Positions 33,127-43,310 are shown, counted from the stretch's first letter. The stretch: 64,000 nt of DNA from Saccharolobus solfataricus P2 (GCF_000007005.1 NC_002754.1), one strand, 5' to 3'. A program made the numbers and translations. The notes: generated from the sequence alone by a model not told the origin.

Positions 33127-34363
33127 CACTGTTAGGCTAGTAGTATCTAAAGAGCAACATGAAGTGTTAAAGAGGCTTGGTATAGCTACGGCTAAGTGTT
33201 GGAATGAGGTTAATTGGTTAAGGATGAAACAGTACAAGGAAGGAAAGAGAGTAGATTTTGGAATTACAGAGAAGGCAGTGTATGAAAAGTATAAGAGTGT
33301 GCTGAGGGTTAATGCGCAACAAGTAGCTAGGAAGAACGCCGAAGATTGGAGGAGCTTCTTCTCATTAACCCGTGAGAAGAAAGAGGGAAAACTACCCAGT
33401 TGGTTTAAACCGAGACCACCGGGTTATTGGAAAGATGGAAGATTAATCGTAATTATCAGAAATGATAGGTACACTGTGGATGAAAGGAATAGGGTGGTTT
33501 ATCTTAAGGATTTTAATCTCTCATTGAAGTTTAAGGGTAGGTTAAAGTGGCATGGGAAACAGGGTAGGCTGGAAATAATTTACGACGAGGCGAGAAAGAT
33601 CTGGTACGCACATATACCAGTTGAAGTTGAAACTGAGAAAGTTAAGGAAGGAATAAAGGCATCTATTGATTTAGGTATTGTGAACCTAGCCACGGTTTAT
33701 GTTGAGGACGGCTCGTGGTACTTATTCAAAGGTGGATCTGCTTTATCTCATTACGAGAACTACAGTAAGAGAATTACTATAGTTCAGAAGACTTTGCATA
33801 GACATAGGCAGAGGAGGAGTAGAAGGCTTAAGTTGCTTCACGAGAAGAGGAGTAGGTTCCTCAAACACGCCTTGAACAGTATGGTGAGGAGGATAATGGA
33901 AATACTGAGGGAGAAAAACGTTGGTGAGGTGGTTGTAGGTTATCCTAAAGAAATAGCTAAACATCATGGGAATAAGCTGACTGTTAACTTCTGGAATTAT
34001 TCGTATATAATAAAGAGGCTTGAGGATATTGGTGAGGAGTTGGGGATAAAAGTAATAACAGTGGACGAGGCATATACTTCTAAAACGTGTTCCTTGTGTG
34101 GGGAAGCCCATGAGGATGGACGTGTGAAAAGGGGATTATTTGTGTGTCCCCGCACAAGGAAGGCAATAAATGCGGACTTAAACGGAGCAATAAATATTCT
34201 ACATATCCCCGAGTCCCGAGGAAGCGAGGGCAACTTCCACAGAGGGATAGGGGTAATTGGGCTGAAGACCCAGCCCGTGACGTTGTCCGATTTGAGCAAA
34301 ATTAAAAACCATTATAATTACAGCATTTCTGATTATACTATTCTTCATTATATTCAGCCATAA
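33113..34363 (+). CDS. tnpB: TnpB RNA-guided nuclease, C-terminus replaced by ISC1212 sequence
   Basis: IDLG, Zn finger CSLCG, NADLNGAINI; native tail VVYRWTNRVGW... displaced to 35491. Confidence 0.9.
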   Translation: MKRSNTVRLVVSKEQHEVLKRLGIATAKCWNEVNWLRMKQYKEGKRVDFGITEKAVYEKYKSVLRVNAQQVARKNAEDWRSFFSLTREKKEGKLPSWFKPRPPGYWKDGRLIVIIRNDRYTVDERNRVVYLKDFNLSLKFKGRLKWHGKQGRLEIIYDEARKIWYAHIPVEVETEKVKEGIKASIDLGIVNLATVYVEDGSWYLFKGGSALSHYENYSKRITIVQKTLHRHRQRRSRRLKLLHEKRSRFLKHALNSMVRRIMEILREKNVGEVVVGYPKEIAKHHGNKLTVNFWNYSYIIKRLEDIGEELGIKVITVDEAYTSKTCSLCGEAHEDGRVKRGLFVCPRTRKAINADLNGAINILHIPESRGSEGNFHRGIGVIGLKTQPVTLSDLSKIKNHYNYSISDYTILHYIQP

Positions 34364-35490
34364 AGAATAATATAATATGTATTAATAAGGGAAAATACAG
34401 ATAATTGTACAATCTTGCAATAAAATTTGCCATAACAATAAGTAAACACGTAAACGAACCTCGTTAATTAACGAGTACCTTCGTCCTAATCCTCGTCGAA
34501 AGAATTTCGAGATCACGATAGAAGTTAAGGAAGAATACCTCCATAACCACTCCCCTTAAAGTTGTAGACGAAGCCTTACCTTCCCTAATCTCAACACCAC
34601 TACCCTCAACCGGAAGTCCAGCACTACCAACACCCTTAACTAAGACGTCCTCCCTAAAAATCCAAGCCCTATCAGCCATTAACTTAACGTTATCAAATGA
34701 AAAGGCTAGATCACTTAAATTGGCCAATCCAACCTTGAAGTCCCTAACGAAATTAGTCCTCCTTTCCACAAGATTACAGACCTTAAACCCGAAGTAGGAC
34801 TTACCGTGCTTCCTACCCCAACTACCCTTATACTTCCTAAAGGCTGTGAAGTTCTTGAGCTTGGAAGTAGTATAACCCATGAGGAGAAAAACGTCATTGA
34901 ACCCCATCTCCTTAAGGTCAAGTGAGATCTTCTCAAGACCGTTTTGAAGACTCCTCTTTCCGGGGTAGGCCTCACGGAAGAATGTGTCAATTATGTGGTA
35001 GTCCTCGAACCTATCGTTTTTTCTCTCCCAACTTCAAGTTCAAAGCCCTTTTCCCTATACTCGCTGATCACCTTGTCCAAAGCCTTGTTTAACTCATCCA
35101 TCAGTGTTGTTCTCATCGTCTCGCCCTCTTGAATAACTGTTTGTTGAAGTTTCTTGTAGAAGAAGAATACTGTGCTCTTTGGTGGAACTTTCCCGCCCAA
35201 GAAGTCCATAAACCTCTTACTGTCCCTAATTTCTCCCTCCAAGTTATTCCAAGAGATGTCGAAAACGAACTTGATTAGGAGGACTTTGAGGAGTAAGATG
35301 ACGTCCCACTTGGGCTTCTTGGAGTAAAGGGACTTAAGCTTACTCCTAAACGTTTCCCAAGGGAAGGATTTATCCACCTTGAGTAAGAGGTCCTTTTCAG
35401 TTGAAATTGCCTTTACCATAATATTATCTCATCCTAATTTCTTATTAATATTACTCATGAATTGCCATTTTAATCAACTTGGATAACGTC
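34279..35490 (-). mobile_element. ISC1212 (IS5 family, 1212 bp), transposase in split ORFs 34991-35419 and 34464-34907
   Basis: TIR GACGTTGTCCGATTTGA/TCAACTTGGATAACGTC, 4-bp TSD CCGT. Confidence 0.88.
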
Positions 35491-36527
35491 CCGTGGTCTA
35501 CCGCTGGACGAACAGAGTGGGGTGGGTGTCGAAAGCACTCACTAGCTATGAAGTGATGAGAATGAAGGCGGTAAACCGCAAACCTATGAACCGCTCTAAG
35601 GGAACCATTGCCCTTTACGGTAGACCCAAAATCACCTCCATAAAAATAAATCTATAGTATTAATAAGTGTTTCCTCAAGATTAAATATAAAATCCTTTAG
35701 ATCAGATAAATCGTCTAGAAAGCAGAGGATGAGCAGCAATCTAAACTCCTCTCTTGTCATGACGTTCTTAAACACGGTGTAAAGCGAGTAGAAGATCATG
35801 GCCAGCACGAAGATCAACTCGCGGAAGATGAACTTGGTGGAGCTCGTGAAGGGAAGGAAGGCCTTGATGTTCCTGTAAGACGTCTCAATGGGACTCCTAA
35901 CCTTGTTGTACAACTTCAGCACTTCCCTCTTGGGTAGGTCGAGGTTGGTCGCCCTCGCGAAGTACACCACGGTCTTCTTCCTCTTCTTAACGATTTCCTT
36001 ACCATACACCAGGAGTCTGAACTTGACCTGCTCTTCCTTCTTATACCTCTTACTGTTTGTCGTGTACTCTCCGTCGAACTCCTCGTAGATCTTCACGTCC
36101 CCCACAGGGACTCCTATCACGAACTTGAACTGCGATATGAACTTGAGGACTTCCACGGTGTAGAATCCCGCGTCCAAGGTTACGAGCCCCACCTTGAGGC
36201 CCATTCCCACAATTTGCTCCATGAGAAGCTTCACGATCTCATCCTTGCTCATCCCGTTAACTTGGGGAACGAAAGCTAGGAGGAGCACCATATTCTGATA
36301 CTTCGTGATCGCGGTAGCGTAGTTCCACGAGTTCCCCTTGGCTGAACTACCCAGTCCCTCCACCGGCTTACCATACCACGTCTTGGTTGTCCAGTCTATG
36401 GAGATGTCGACTTCCTTCACTCCCTTGAGTATCTCCATGGAAATCCTCCTCATGGACTCTAATAGCTTCTCGATCACCTCAGTTCCCTGCTCCTCCACGT
36501 AGTTCCTCACGGTCTGTGGTGACACGT

Positions 36528-37755
36528 GAGAGTGTCCGGAATGTAATTATCTGAACGAATAGATAAACAGAATGATAAATATTAATATTGCCAGAAGGGT
36601 AGGACCTGGATCACCGAGAAAAACTTTATAATGGAAAAATATCAAGACGAGAGGATTTACCTATCGCGCATAGCGTTGCTTGATCGCGAGGAGGCGCGTC
36701 TCAGAGCTGAACGGCTCTACGTCCTGGAGGAGTCCTCCGTTGGATCGCGAGGAACATCTTGATGTTGTAGATCACTCCCAGGACGTGAAGGAAGACGTCG
36801 TTCCTCCAGGTCGTGGTCCCGTAGGGCCTCCAGAACGCGTTCAGGTAGGTGCCGAAGAACTCCACGTGGGCCCTCAGGGTAGTGAAGGGCTTCTCCCGCG
36901 CTATGAGCTGTGTCGGGGAGGGAGAGAATCCCCTGTCCGCGATCTTAATCCCCTTGAGCGGTGACTTGAACCTCTTGTCCGAGAAGTTGGCCGGCTTCAC
37001 CGTGATGGACCTCACGAAGAGGGAGACGGAGATCACGGCTATGGCCTTGAGCCCGTAGTGCGAGACCCCTCTCTTCTTGGTCCACCTTCCCTCGAACCTC
37101 CTCTTGGTTCTCCCCAGGGAGAGCAGCTTCCTGGCCCTCTCCAGGTTACCTTCCCTCCTCTCCAGCTCCGCCTTCTCCCGAAAGGTCTCCACGCTCCTCT
37201 TCCCAGGAGGTAAGTCCAGTAGGAAGGAGTCCACTAGCCACGCCATGAAGTCCACGAGATGCGCGCTCGCAGGGAGGTAACTGGGTAGGCACTTCTCCTC
37301 AAGCTTGAAGGAAATCTCCAACAACTTCTTCCTCACCCCGTACAACCTGCCCACGAAGTCGTGCAGCGTGCTCTTCCCCACCTTCCTCCCCACGAACCAG
37401 GCCACGACCACGTTCACGTTAACCATTTTCACCGCGTCCCTATAGGAGCAAGAGTAGAGCACCATGACGATTAACAACTTCAAGTAAACCAGCGCGCCCT
37501 CGCCCAGAACCCTCTCCAAATCCATGGCGTCCAGCACGGGCTTGATCTCCGTTAACCATTTTTCCCTCCACGGCATATCCTCTATTGGGGGAAGAGGGTA
37601 GTACATCAGGTTTGGTATGTGTCTTAATGTTCTTGCCATGGTACTACCCTCTACTCCCATAACTTAAGTGTTACTCCAATTTAATCCAAGATAATGCTAA
37701 AAACCAATTTATTCTTGCCAATAAAAATTCAATTTTTTACATTCCGGACACTCTC
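36528..37755 (-). mobile_element. GC-rich IS5-family element (1228 bp, ISC1234-like)
   Basis: TIR GAGAGTGTCCGGAAT, TSD ACGT; element name inferred from length only. Confidence 0.8.
36701..37660 (-). CDS. DDE transposase of the nested IS5-like element
   Basis: LVDSFL, IADRGF, RAHVEFF motifs. Confidence 0.85.
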   Translation of the reverse strand: MGVEGSTMARTLRHIPNLMYYPLPPIEDMPWREKWLTEIKPVLDAMDLERVLGEGALVYLKLLIVMVLYSCSYRDAVKMVNVNVVVAWFVGRKVGKSTLHDFVGRLYGVRKKLLEISFKLEEKCLPSYLPASAHLVDFMAWLVDSFLLDLPPGKRSVETFREKAELERREGNLERARKLLSLGRTKRRFEGRWTKKRGVSHYGLKAIAVISVSLFVRSITVKPANFSDKRFKSPLKGIKIADRGFSPSPTQLIAREKPFTTLRAHVEFFGTYLNAFWRPYGTTTWRNDVFLHVLGVIYNIKMFLAIQRRTPPGRRAVQL

Positions 37756-38087
37756 ACGTTATACCCTTTGGACTTGCTTTCCACGGAGTCGTTCCACAAG
37801 CACGCGGAGACCAGAACTCTCGATACCTCCTCAGCCTTTCTTCCCTTGAAGCTCAACATGGAAAGTAATTTATACCCTACTTGTTGTATATTATTTTGGT
37901 GGGGAAGACCAGGTGTTATCACCTTGTCTTCACCACGTGATAATACCGGCTTCCTCACCTTAAATCTTTCTTCAATTAGTTGCGTTCTTGTTAAAGCTAT
38001 AAATTCTATTATTTTTCAGAATCTGATATTACCCAACCAAAATTATTTTTTGTAAAATGATTTTGGGTCTACCGTTTAGGGCGGTGA

Positions 38088-38193
38088 GGAGGTCAGATTA
38101 TGACCATTATATATTCTATATTCACAAACATATAAGCACAGGAGGTCAGATTATGACCATTATATATTCTATATTCACAAACATATAAGCACA
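38088..38193. repeat. Perfect 53-bp tandem duplication spanning the IS605 right-end junction
   Basis: GGAGGTCAGATTATGACC...AAGCACA at 38088 and 38141. Confidence 0.92.
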
Positions 38194-38386
38194 AAGGAAA
38201 GTTCAATTTCTGAACCGTATTAAATAACGTAACGGCAGTTATCTTATTTTTCCTTAGTAATAATGGAAAAACGTCAATATCTAGAAAGCTTTTTGATGCA
38301 ATTCTGGAGCGATATATATCAAGATCTCTGACCCTGCATCATAACTACTAGAAAGATTTATATATTACTTACACCTAAAATTTACT

Positions 38387-38620
38387 ATGGAAAGAATGAT
38401 ATCTAAGGTCACCAGGAACTTTCAAGTCACAATTCCTTATGAGATTAGAAAAGTGCTAGGAATAAAAGAGGGAGACTATATTGAGTTCGCAATAGAAAAC
38501 GGTAAGGTCATGATAAAACCTGTTAGAAAAGTTTGGTCAACTATTAGACTTGGAAGAGAAGTTACAGTGGAGGAGATTGAGGAAATCGCAAGTAAGGCCT
38601 TTAAAGATGATAGTAGTTGA
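38387..38620 (+). CDS. vapB: AbrB/SpoVT-type antitoxin (VapB)
   Basis: KVTRNFQVTIPYEIRKVLGIKEGD. Confidence 0.9.
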   Translation: MERMISKVTRNFQVTIPYEIRKVLGIKEGDYIEFAIENGKVMIKPVRKVWSTIRLGREVTVEEIEEIASKAFKDDSS

Positions 38621-38996
38621 TACGAATGTCCTAATTTACGCCACTCTTGAAGACAGCGAATTTCATACTCAAAGTCTAGAGATAATTGAGGGATCAGACA
38701 TAATAGTTCCCCAAATTGTAGTCTTCGAATACATAAAGGTACTATCTGAAATTGTACAGAACTTAGATTTCATAAAAACAAAAATCTCAGAGTTAAACAA
38801 TTTTGTCGTTGTTTGCGAAGACCTTAATACTATAGCACTAGCGTTGAGACTATTAGCAGAGTTAAAACTTTCACTGAAAGACATTAACGATATGATAATC
38901 TTAACCGCAGCAATTAAGACAAACAGCTCCATAGCCACATTTGATCAGAAGCTTAGAAAGATTGCAGACAAGAAGGGAGTTAAAGTTTTGCCTTGA
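38607..38996 (+). CDS. vapC: PIN-domain toxin VapC
   Basis: MIVVDTNVLI, VFEY, INDMII, ATFDQKL; overlaps vapB. Confidence 0.92.
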   Translation: MIVVDTNVLIYATLEDSEFHTQSLEIIEGSDIIVPQIVVFEYIKVLSEIVQNLDFIKTKISELNNFVVVCEDLNTIALALRLLAELKLSLKDINDMIILTAAIKTNSSIATFDQKLRKIADKKGVKVLP

Positions 38997-39021
38997 TTAT
39001 TTTTTAAAGTAACAGTCATTA

Positions 39022-39149
39022 AGCTTTGTGGGATTGTTGAATATTCATAAAGGGTTATGAGATGTCAATCTGAATTGTGCATCTTATCATTAATTGAAAG
39101 GAAGATAATAGTGGTTTAGTGTAAAAATATTCAACAGATCAACTAAGCA
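39022..39149. mobile_element. SM3-type MITE
   Basis: Homologous to 25159-25289; no TSD seen. Confidence 0.75.
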
Positions 39150-39838
39150 CAAGGATCGAGTCTGGGACAAATTAGTATAATGGGTTTCCAAATTTATATA
39201 GCATTTCGGGATTTTTAATCTAACGCTTTAGACCACAGTAGATCGTGAATCGCGACCCTCGCTAAGACCGTCAAGTGGATCCTCTCTTCTCTGACCTTAT
39301 TTATGATCCACCCTGTCCTCCTTTTAATGAAGATCAGAGCCTCTCACGCTTAAAATACTCCTCCAAATACTCCAGTGGGTTCTTCATGAACTTCAATATC
39401 ATCTCCCTCCACCTTTTCCCTCCCTTGATCGTAGCGTTAGGGTATCAAGTAGATCTCAGAATCAAGGAAATCATCCAGTGTAGACTTGCTATAGTACTTA
39501 TCAGCCCTCAAGAGTCCACTTGAACGCCAAGATCCCTCAGGACCTCGAGAACCATCTAATAAGCCTCCCTCTCACTCTTAAGCGAATAACCGTAAGCGAC
39601 AATCAAGTTACTACCCAAGTCAAAGATGAAGAAGGAGTACACGAAGTTCTCCCTTCCTTTATCTCTTCCTTGGATTTCTCTCTTTCACTCTTGTAATGCT
39701 TGGTCACTACTGGGGAACAGCCCGTCCATGGTCGCGTCAATCTTAAGGTCATCAACGGTCTTTGAGAGTAGGTTGTAGAGGATGACGAAGACGTGAGGTG
39801 GGAGTATAGTCTCTCTACTGTCTTGTGGCTTATCTCCT

Positions 39839-41021
39839 TATATAAAACATATTAGTCAGATCTGCGTATTACAGATCTGACTGGGGTTGAGGCCGTTGAT
39901 CTCCTTGGGCTTAGAGCTCGAGAGGGAGCTTGGCCTCCTCCAATTCGGACCGGAAGTTGGGCTTGAAGCCCGAATAAAACATAAGGGTGAGTATACATGG
40001 AGGCCCCAGTCGCCGGAATAGATGTTTCAAAAGATAAATTAGTAGTGTACTTCCAAGGTAAATACTATGAATTTCAAAATAATAAGCAAGGTTTTGAAGG
40101 AGTAAAGCAAGTCTTGCCAAAGGGTTGTAAAGTTGCTATAGAAAGTACTGGAATTTACCACATCAACTTGGCTAAGTACTTGGGTAAGGAGTACGACGTG
40201 AGGATTATTAATCCCCTCATACTCAAGAAGTTCAAGGACATTAGGGGTAAGAAGAGTGATAAGAATGACGCTAAAAAGCTCGCTGAACTAGTTATAAGTA
40301 TGGGCAGTGAGTTTACAACGAGTGAGGCTAAGGAGTTAACAAGCCAATGGGATTTTATCACAAGGAGCATTGTTAGGGTTAAGAATAGGCTAAGGAGAGA
40401 TTTAATACTTCTAGGCTATAAGGACAGTTTGTCCAAGAAGAACTTGAATGAGGTATTGAGGGGGGAGGATAATATAGTATTATCTGAGGTTAGGTTCCTC
40501 TTGGATGAGTTGGAGAGGCTTGAGGTTAGGAAGAGGGAGATTGAGGAAGAGCTTGAGGATCTTGTTCCTAAGGATAGTTTGATCTTCACGATTCCGGGTA
40601 TTGGCAGAACGTTGGGTTGTATAATTTTAGCAAGGGTTGGTGATGTTAAGCGTTTTGGTGACAAGAAGAGGTTTGTCGCTTATTGTGGTCTCGATCCTCT
40701 TGTTGAATCCAGTGGGAAGAGTGTTGTATCGAGAGGCATATCTAGGAGGGGTGATGCTGTTTTGAGGAGGGCTTTCTATCTTGCAGCTTTAACTGCTATC
40801 AAGGTTAATCCTATTATTAAGCGGTTTTATGAGGAGCACAAGGGGAATTTGAAGGGTAAAAAGTTGATTACTGCTTGTGCCAGGAAGCTTGCTGTTATTA
40901 CTTGGGCTGTGCTGTATTATAATAAGCCCTTTGATGCTAGCGAGTAAAGCAGGTGACATCACTTGAATAAGTAGTGTGTACTATGCTCGATTTTCACGGA
41001 AAGGTTTTTATACCGGAAGCT
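39839..41021 (+). mobile_element. IS110-family element (ISC1190-like)
   Basis: No TIR; inserted at a CTCCT core, deduced from the empty site in the 59637 copy. Confidence 0.85.
39997..40947 (+). CDS. IS110 DEDD recombinase/transposase
   Basis: GIDVSKD, IESTG, KSDKNDA, IPGIG, GLDPLVESSGK. Confidence 0.95.
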   Translation: MEAPVAGIDVSKDKLVVYFQGKYYEFQNNKQGFEGVKQVLPKGCKVAIESTGIYHINLAKYLGKEYDVRIINPLILKKFKDIRGKKSDKNDAKKLAELVISMGSEFTTSEAKELTSQWDFITRSIVRVKNRLRRDLILLGYKDSLSKKNLNEVLRGEDNIVLSEVRFLLDELERLEVRKREIEEELEDLVPKDSLIFTIPGIGRTLGCIILARVGDVKRFGDKKRFVAYCGLDPLVESSGKSVVSRGISRRGDAVLRRAFYLAALTAIKVNPIIKRFYEEHKGNLKGKKLITACARKLAVITWAVLYYNKPFDASE

Positions 41022-41406
41022 CCTTCGTTAGGTTCAGTAGTGATGCTAGTTCTGCGGTTTCCCTGTTGGATAAGCCTAGATATTCCTTGATTATCAGTAT
41101 GTATGCCTTCTCTTGTGGGGTTAGTTTGCTTTTTCTCCCTTGTTCTTTCTTGATCTTGACGAACTTTGCCTCCTCTAAGTCTTGCCTTAACTCTCGACCG
41201 AATCTTCTTAATCTGGCTAACCTCTCTTCTTCGCTCTCCTTATTGTTCTCTATCTTACTGAGCCTACTTTCCTTGTACAACTTGATCAAGTCCTCTATTG
41301 ACTCCTTGAAATTGTCGAAGTCTTTCTGAGTTAACTTCTTATTCATGTGTTCATGATAGAAAATAAGGGGTATCTAAAGTTTTTGTCCCAGAGTCCAAGT
41401 ATATAC

Positions 41407-42540
41407 CTGCTTTGTGGATTGCTTCAGAATTGTACAAAAAGTTTATAAATTATTCGTTTAAGTATTACCTATGGAAAAGAGTAAGTACAAGAGGGACTGG
41501 AGCAAGTACGACGAGAACGTCATAACTAGATATAAGTTGATGTTCCCCTTCTACGTATTCGAACATTGGTGGGACTTATTAGCAGAGGAGAACAGGAACG
41601 CTAGGACAAAGTATAAAGCTCCGAAGGAGTTCAACGAATTCCTAGCATTCTTACACATCTTCCTACCTTACAGAGCAATAGAAGGAGTATTGAGAGCCTT
41701 AGAACAATTGAAGATCATCCCCACAAGCCTCGACTACTCAACAATATGGGAGAGAGTGAGGAACATGAACATAACCTTCCCCGAGACAAGTGACGAACTT
41801 GAAGTAATTGCAGACGCTACCGGCATTAGCACAAACACGGGAGGACAATACATTGTTGCCAAGTGGGGTAAGACTAGGGATTCAAAATTCCTCAAGATCG
41901 AGATAGTAATGGACAATAACGAATTCAACGTGATAAACGCTGAGGTCACTAGCAACGAGGTTGAAAGTGCTGTAAAAACAGTTAAGGATCTTCAAGATAA
42001 GGGAAAGAAGGTCAAGAAGTTTTATGGAGATAAGGCATATGACGCCAATGAGGTTTACAAGACCGGAGTTGAGGTTGTAGTTCCTCCCAAGAAGAACGCT
42101 TCTACTAAACGCCATCTTGCTAGACGTAAGGCTGTGCGGGAGTTTAGGAAGTTGGGTTATGATCGTTGGAAGGAGGAGAAGGGTTATGGCGTTAGGTGGC
42201 GGGTCGAGTCCTTGTTCTCTGCGGTGAAGCGTACTTTTGGGGAATCGGTTAGACAAGTTTTGCTGGGCAAGTAGTTGAGGCTAAGCTCAAGTTCTGGGCT
42301 TACGCTAGTGCTTTCAGAAAGTTTATAGCTTTAGGCAAAGGATATACCACTAGATCATAGTCTAAGAACTTTTCCAAAATACTAGCGTGGATGGTTAACT
42401 TGGCGAATTCTGTAGTCGGTAGGGCTCCGGGCATTAGGGTGTAAGCTTGAGAAGAACGTTGAAATAAATATTAATTACTGAAAAATTAGTGTTATACAAT
42501 ATCGTTTTAATGAGACAAATTGAACGAATCAACAAAGTAG
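41407..42540 (+). mobile_element. ISC1058 (IS5 family); transposase 41471-42274 frameshifted, SM1 in its 3' end
   Basis: Ends CTGCTTTGT/ACAAAGTAG, 8-bp TSD GTATATAC; IADATG, YGDKAYD, RWRVESLFS. Confidence 0.88.
42306..42384. mobile_element. SM1-type MITE
   Basis: 79 bp, TSD GC, interrupts FWAY/AWM. Confidence 0.9.
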
Positions 42541-42585
42541 GTATATACCACAAAGTTTATAAAGCAAGACTTGAACAGCATAACG

Positions 42586-43083
42586 ATGTCAAAAAAAGAG
42601 AGTTATAAGGAGTTAGTTGAAAAATCAGATGTTAAAGTGCTGAAGCAAGTACAGCTTAAGGATGGATACTACGTAATGGAAGATAGGCATGTTTTAACAC
42701 ATAGCTTACTTCATAAAATAAAAACTTCGTTAGATGATACTAAAGTAATAACTACAGTTACACAACGCGATGACGGATCACTAAGAATTACTCTTTTCAT
42801 GTATAAGGTAGTCGGAGATAAGGATGAACAAGGGTTTTACACAATTAAGAGTAGGGGAATTTACATAAATATTAAGGGGGATAACGTAGAAATATTTGAA
42901 GGTGGACCTGCAGAAGTGAAATCACCGTTGATTGAGTCTAACCCGGGTGAAGAAAAAGAGGTGTTATTGAAGGCTATAACTAAAGGTACTGAGAACGAAA
43001 TGTTCTCTAGGTTCTTGGAAGTAAATGGATCATCAGGGCTTACAGATCTTGTAAAGAAAACTAATTTTCATAAGGTGACGTAA
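42586..43083 (+). CDS. Hypothetical protein (165 aa), probably leaderless
   Basis: TTTATAAA at 42556-42563, 22 nt before ATG 42586; no recognised motif. Confidence 0.7.
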   Translation: MSKKESYKELVEKSDVKVLKQVQLKDGYYVMEDRHVLTHSLLHKIKTSLDDTKVITTVTQRDDGSLRITLFMYKVVGDKDEQGFYTIKSRGIYINIKGDNVEIFEGGPAEVKSPLIESNPGEEKEVLLKAITKGTENEMFSRFLEVNGSSGLTDLVKKTNFHKVT

Positions 43084-43085
43084 TG

Positions 43086-43239
43086 ATGGCTGGGTTAGAT
43101 GAATGGACAACTGAAATATGTATTGACGGAGGTTGTGAAGATGCTTGTACCATAAGTTGAAGTTTACCCCCTTGGTACAGATGCAGCATGTTATGCAGGA
43201 TGTCTAGAACTCTGTGCAAGTAGTGTAGGCTGTGATTGA
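43086..43239 (+). pseudogene. Cys-rich 50-aa peptide with one extra A at ~43155 (halocin C8-like hairpin)
   Basis: Corrected: MAGLDEWTTEICIDGGCEDACTIVEVYPLGTDAACYAGCLELCASSVGCD; GGTGA RBS at 43074. Confidence 0.65.
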
Positions 43240-43277
43240 TTAAGCTTTCGCTATATAATCCCTAATTACAAAAGACC

Positions 43278-43310
43278 GAAAGCCCTACCCCTTCTAGGGG
43301 TGGGATAAGC
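43278..43310 (+). mobile_element. IS200/IS605 end-hairpin relic
   Basis: GCCCTACCCCTTCTAGGGGTGGG resembles the hairpin at 32665-32696. Confidence 0.6.

Larger units (their letters stand above)
35618..38074 (-). mobile_element. ISC1225 interrupted by an IS5-family element
   Basis: TIR CGGTAGACCCAAAATCA, TSD TTTA; transposase split (37737-37958 and 35632-36525); intact copy at 60900. Confidence 0.92.
32654..38096 (+). mobile_element. IS200/IS605 element (tnpA+tnpB, ~1.77 kb core) carrying three nested IS
   Basis: Left hairpin GCCTCGCCTCTTCTAGGGGCGGGG after TTGAT; right end ...GGAGGTCAG; tnpB tail resumes at 35491 and 38075. Confidence 0.85.
39158..41395 (-). mobile_element. ISC1043-like element interrupted by IS110
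   Basis: TIR GAGTCTGGGACAAA/TTTGTCCCAGAGTC; colinear with 59637-60679. Confidence 0.85.
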
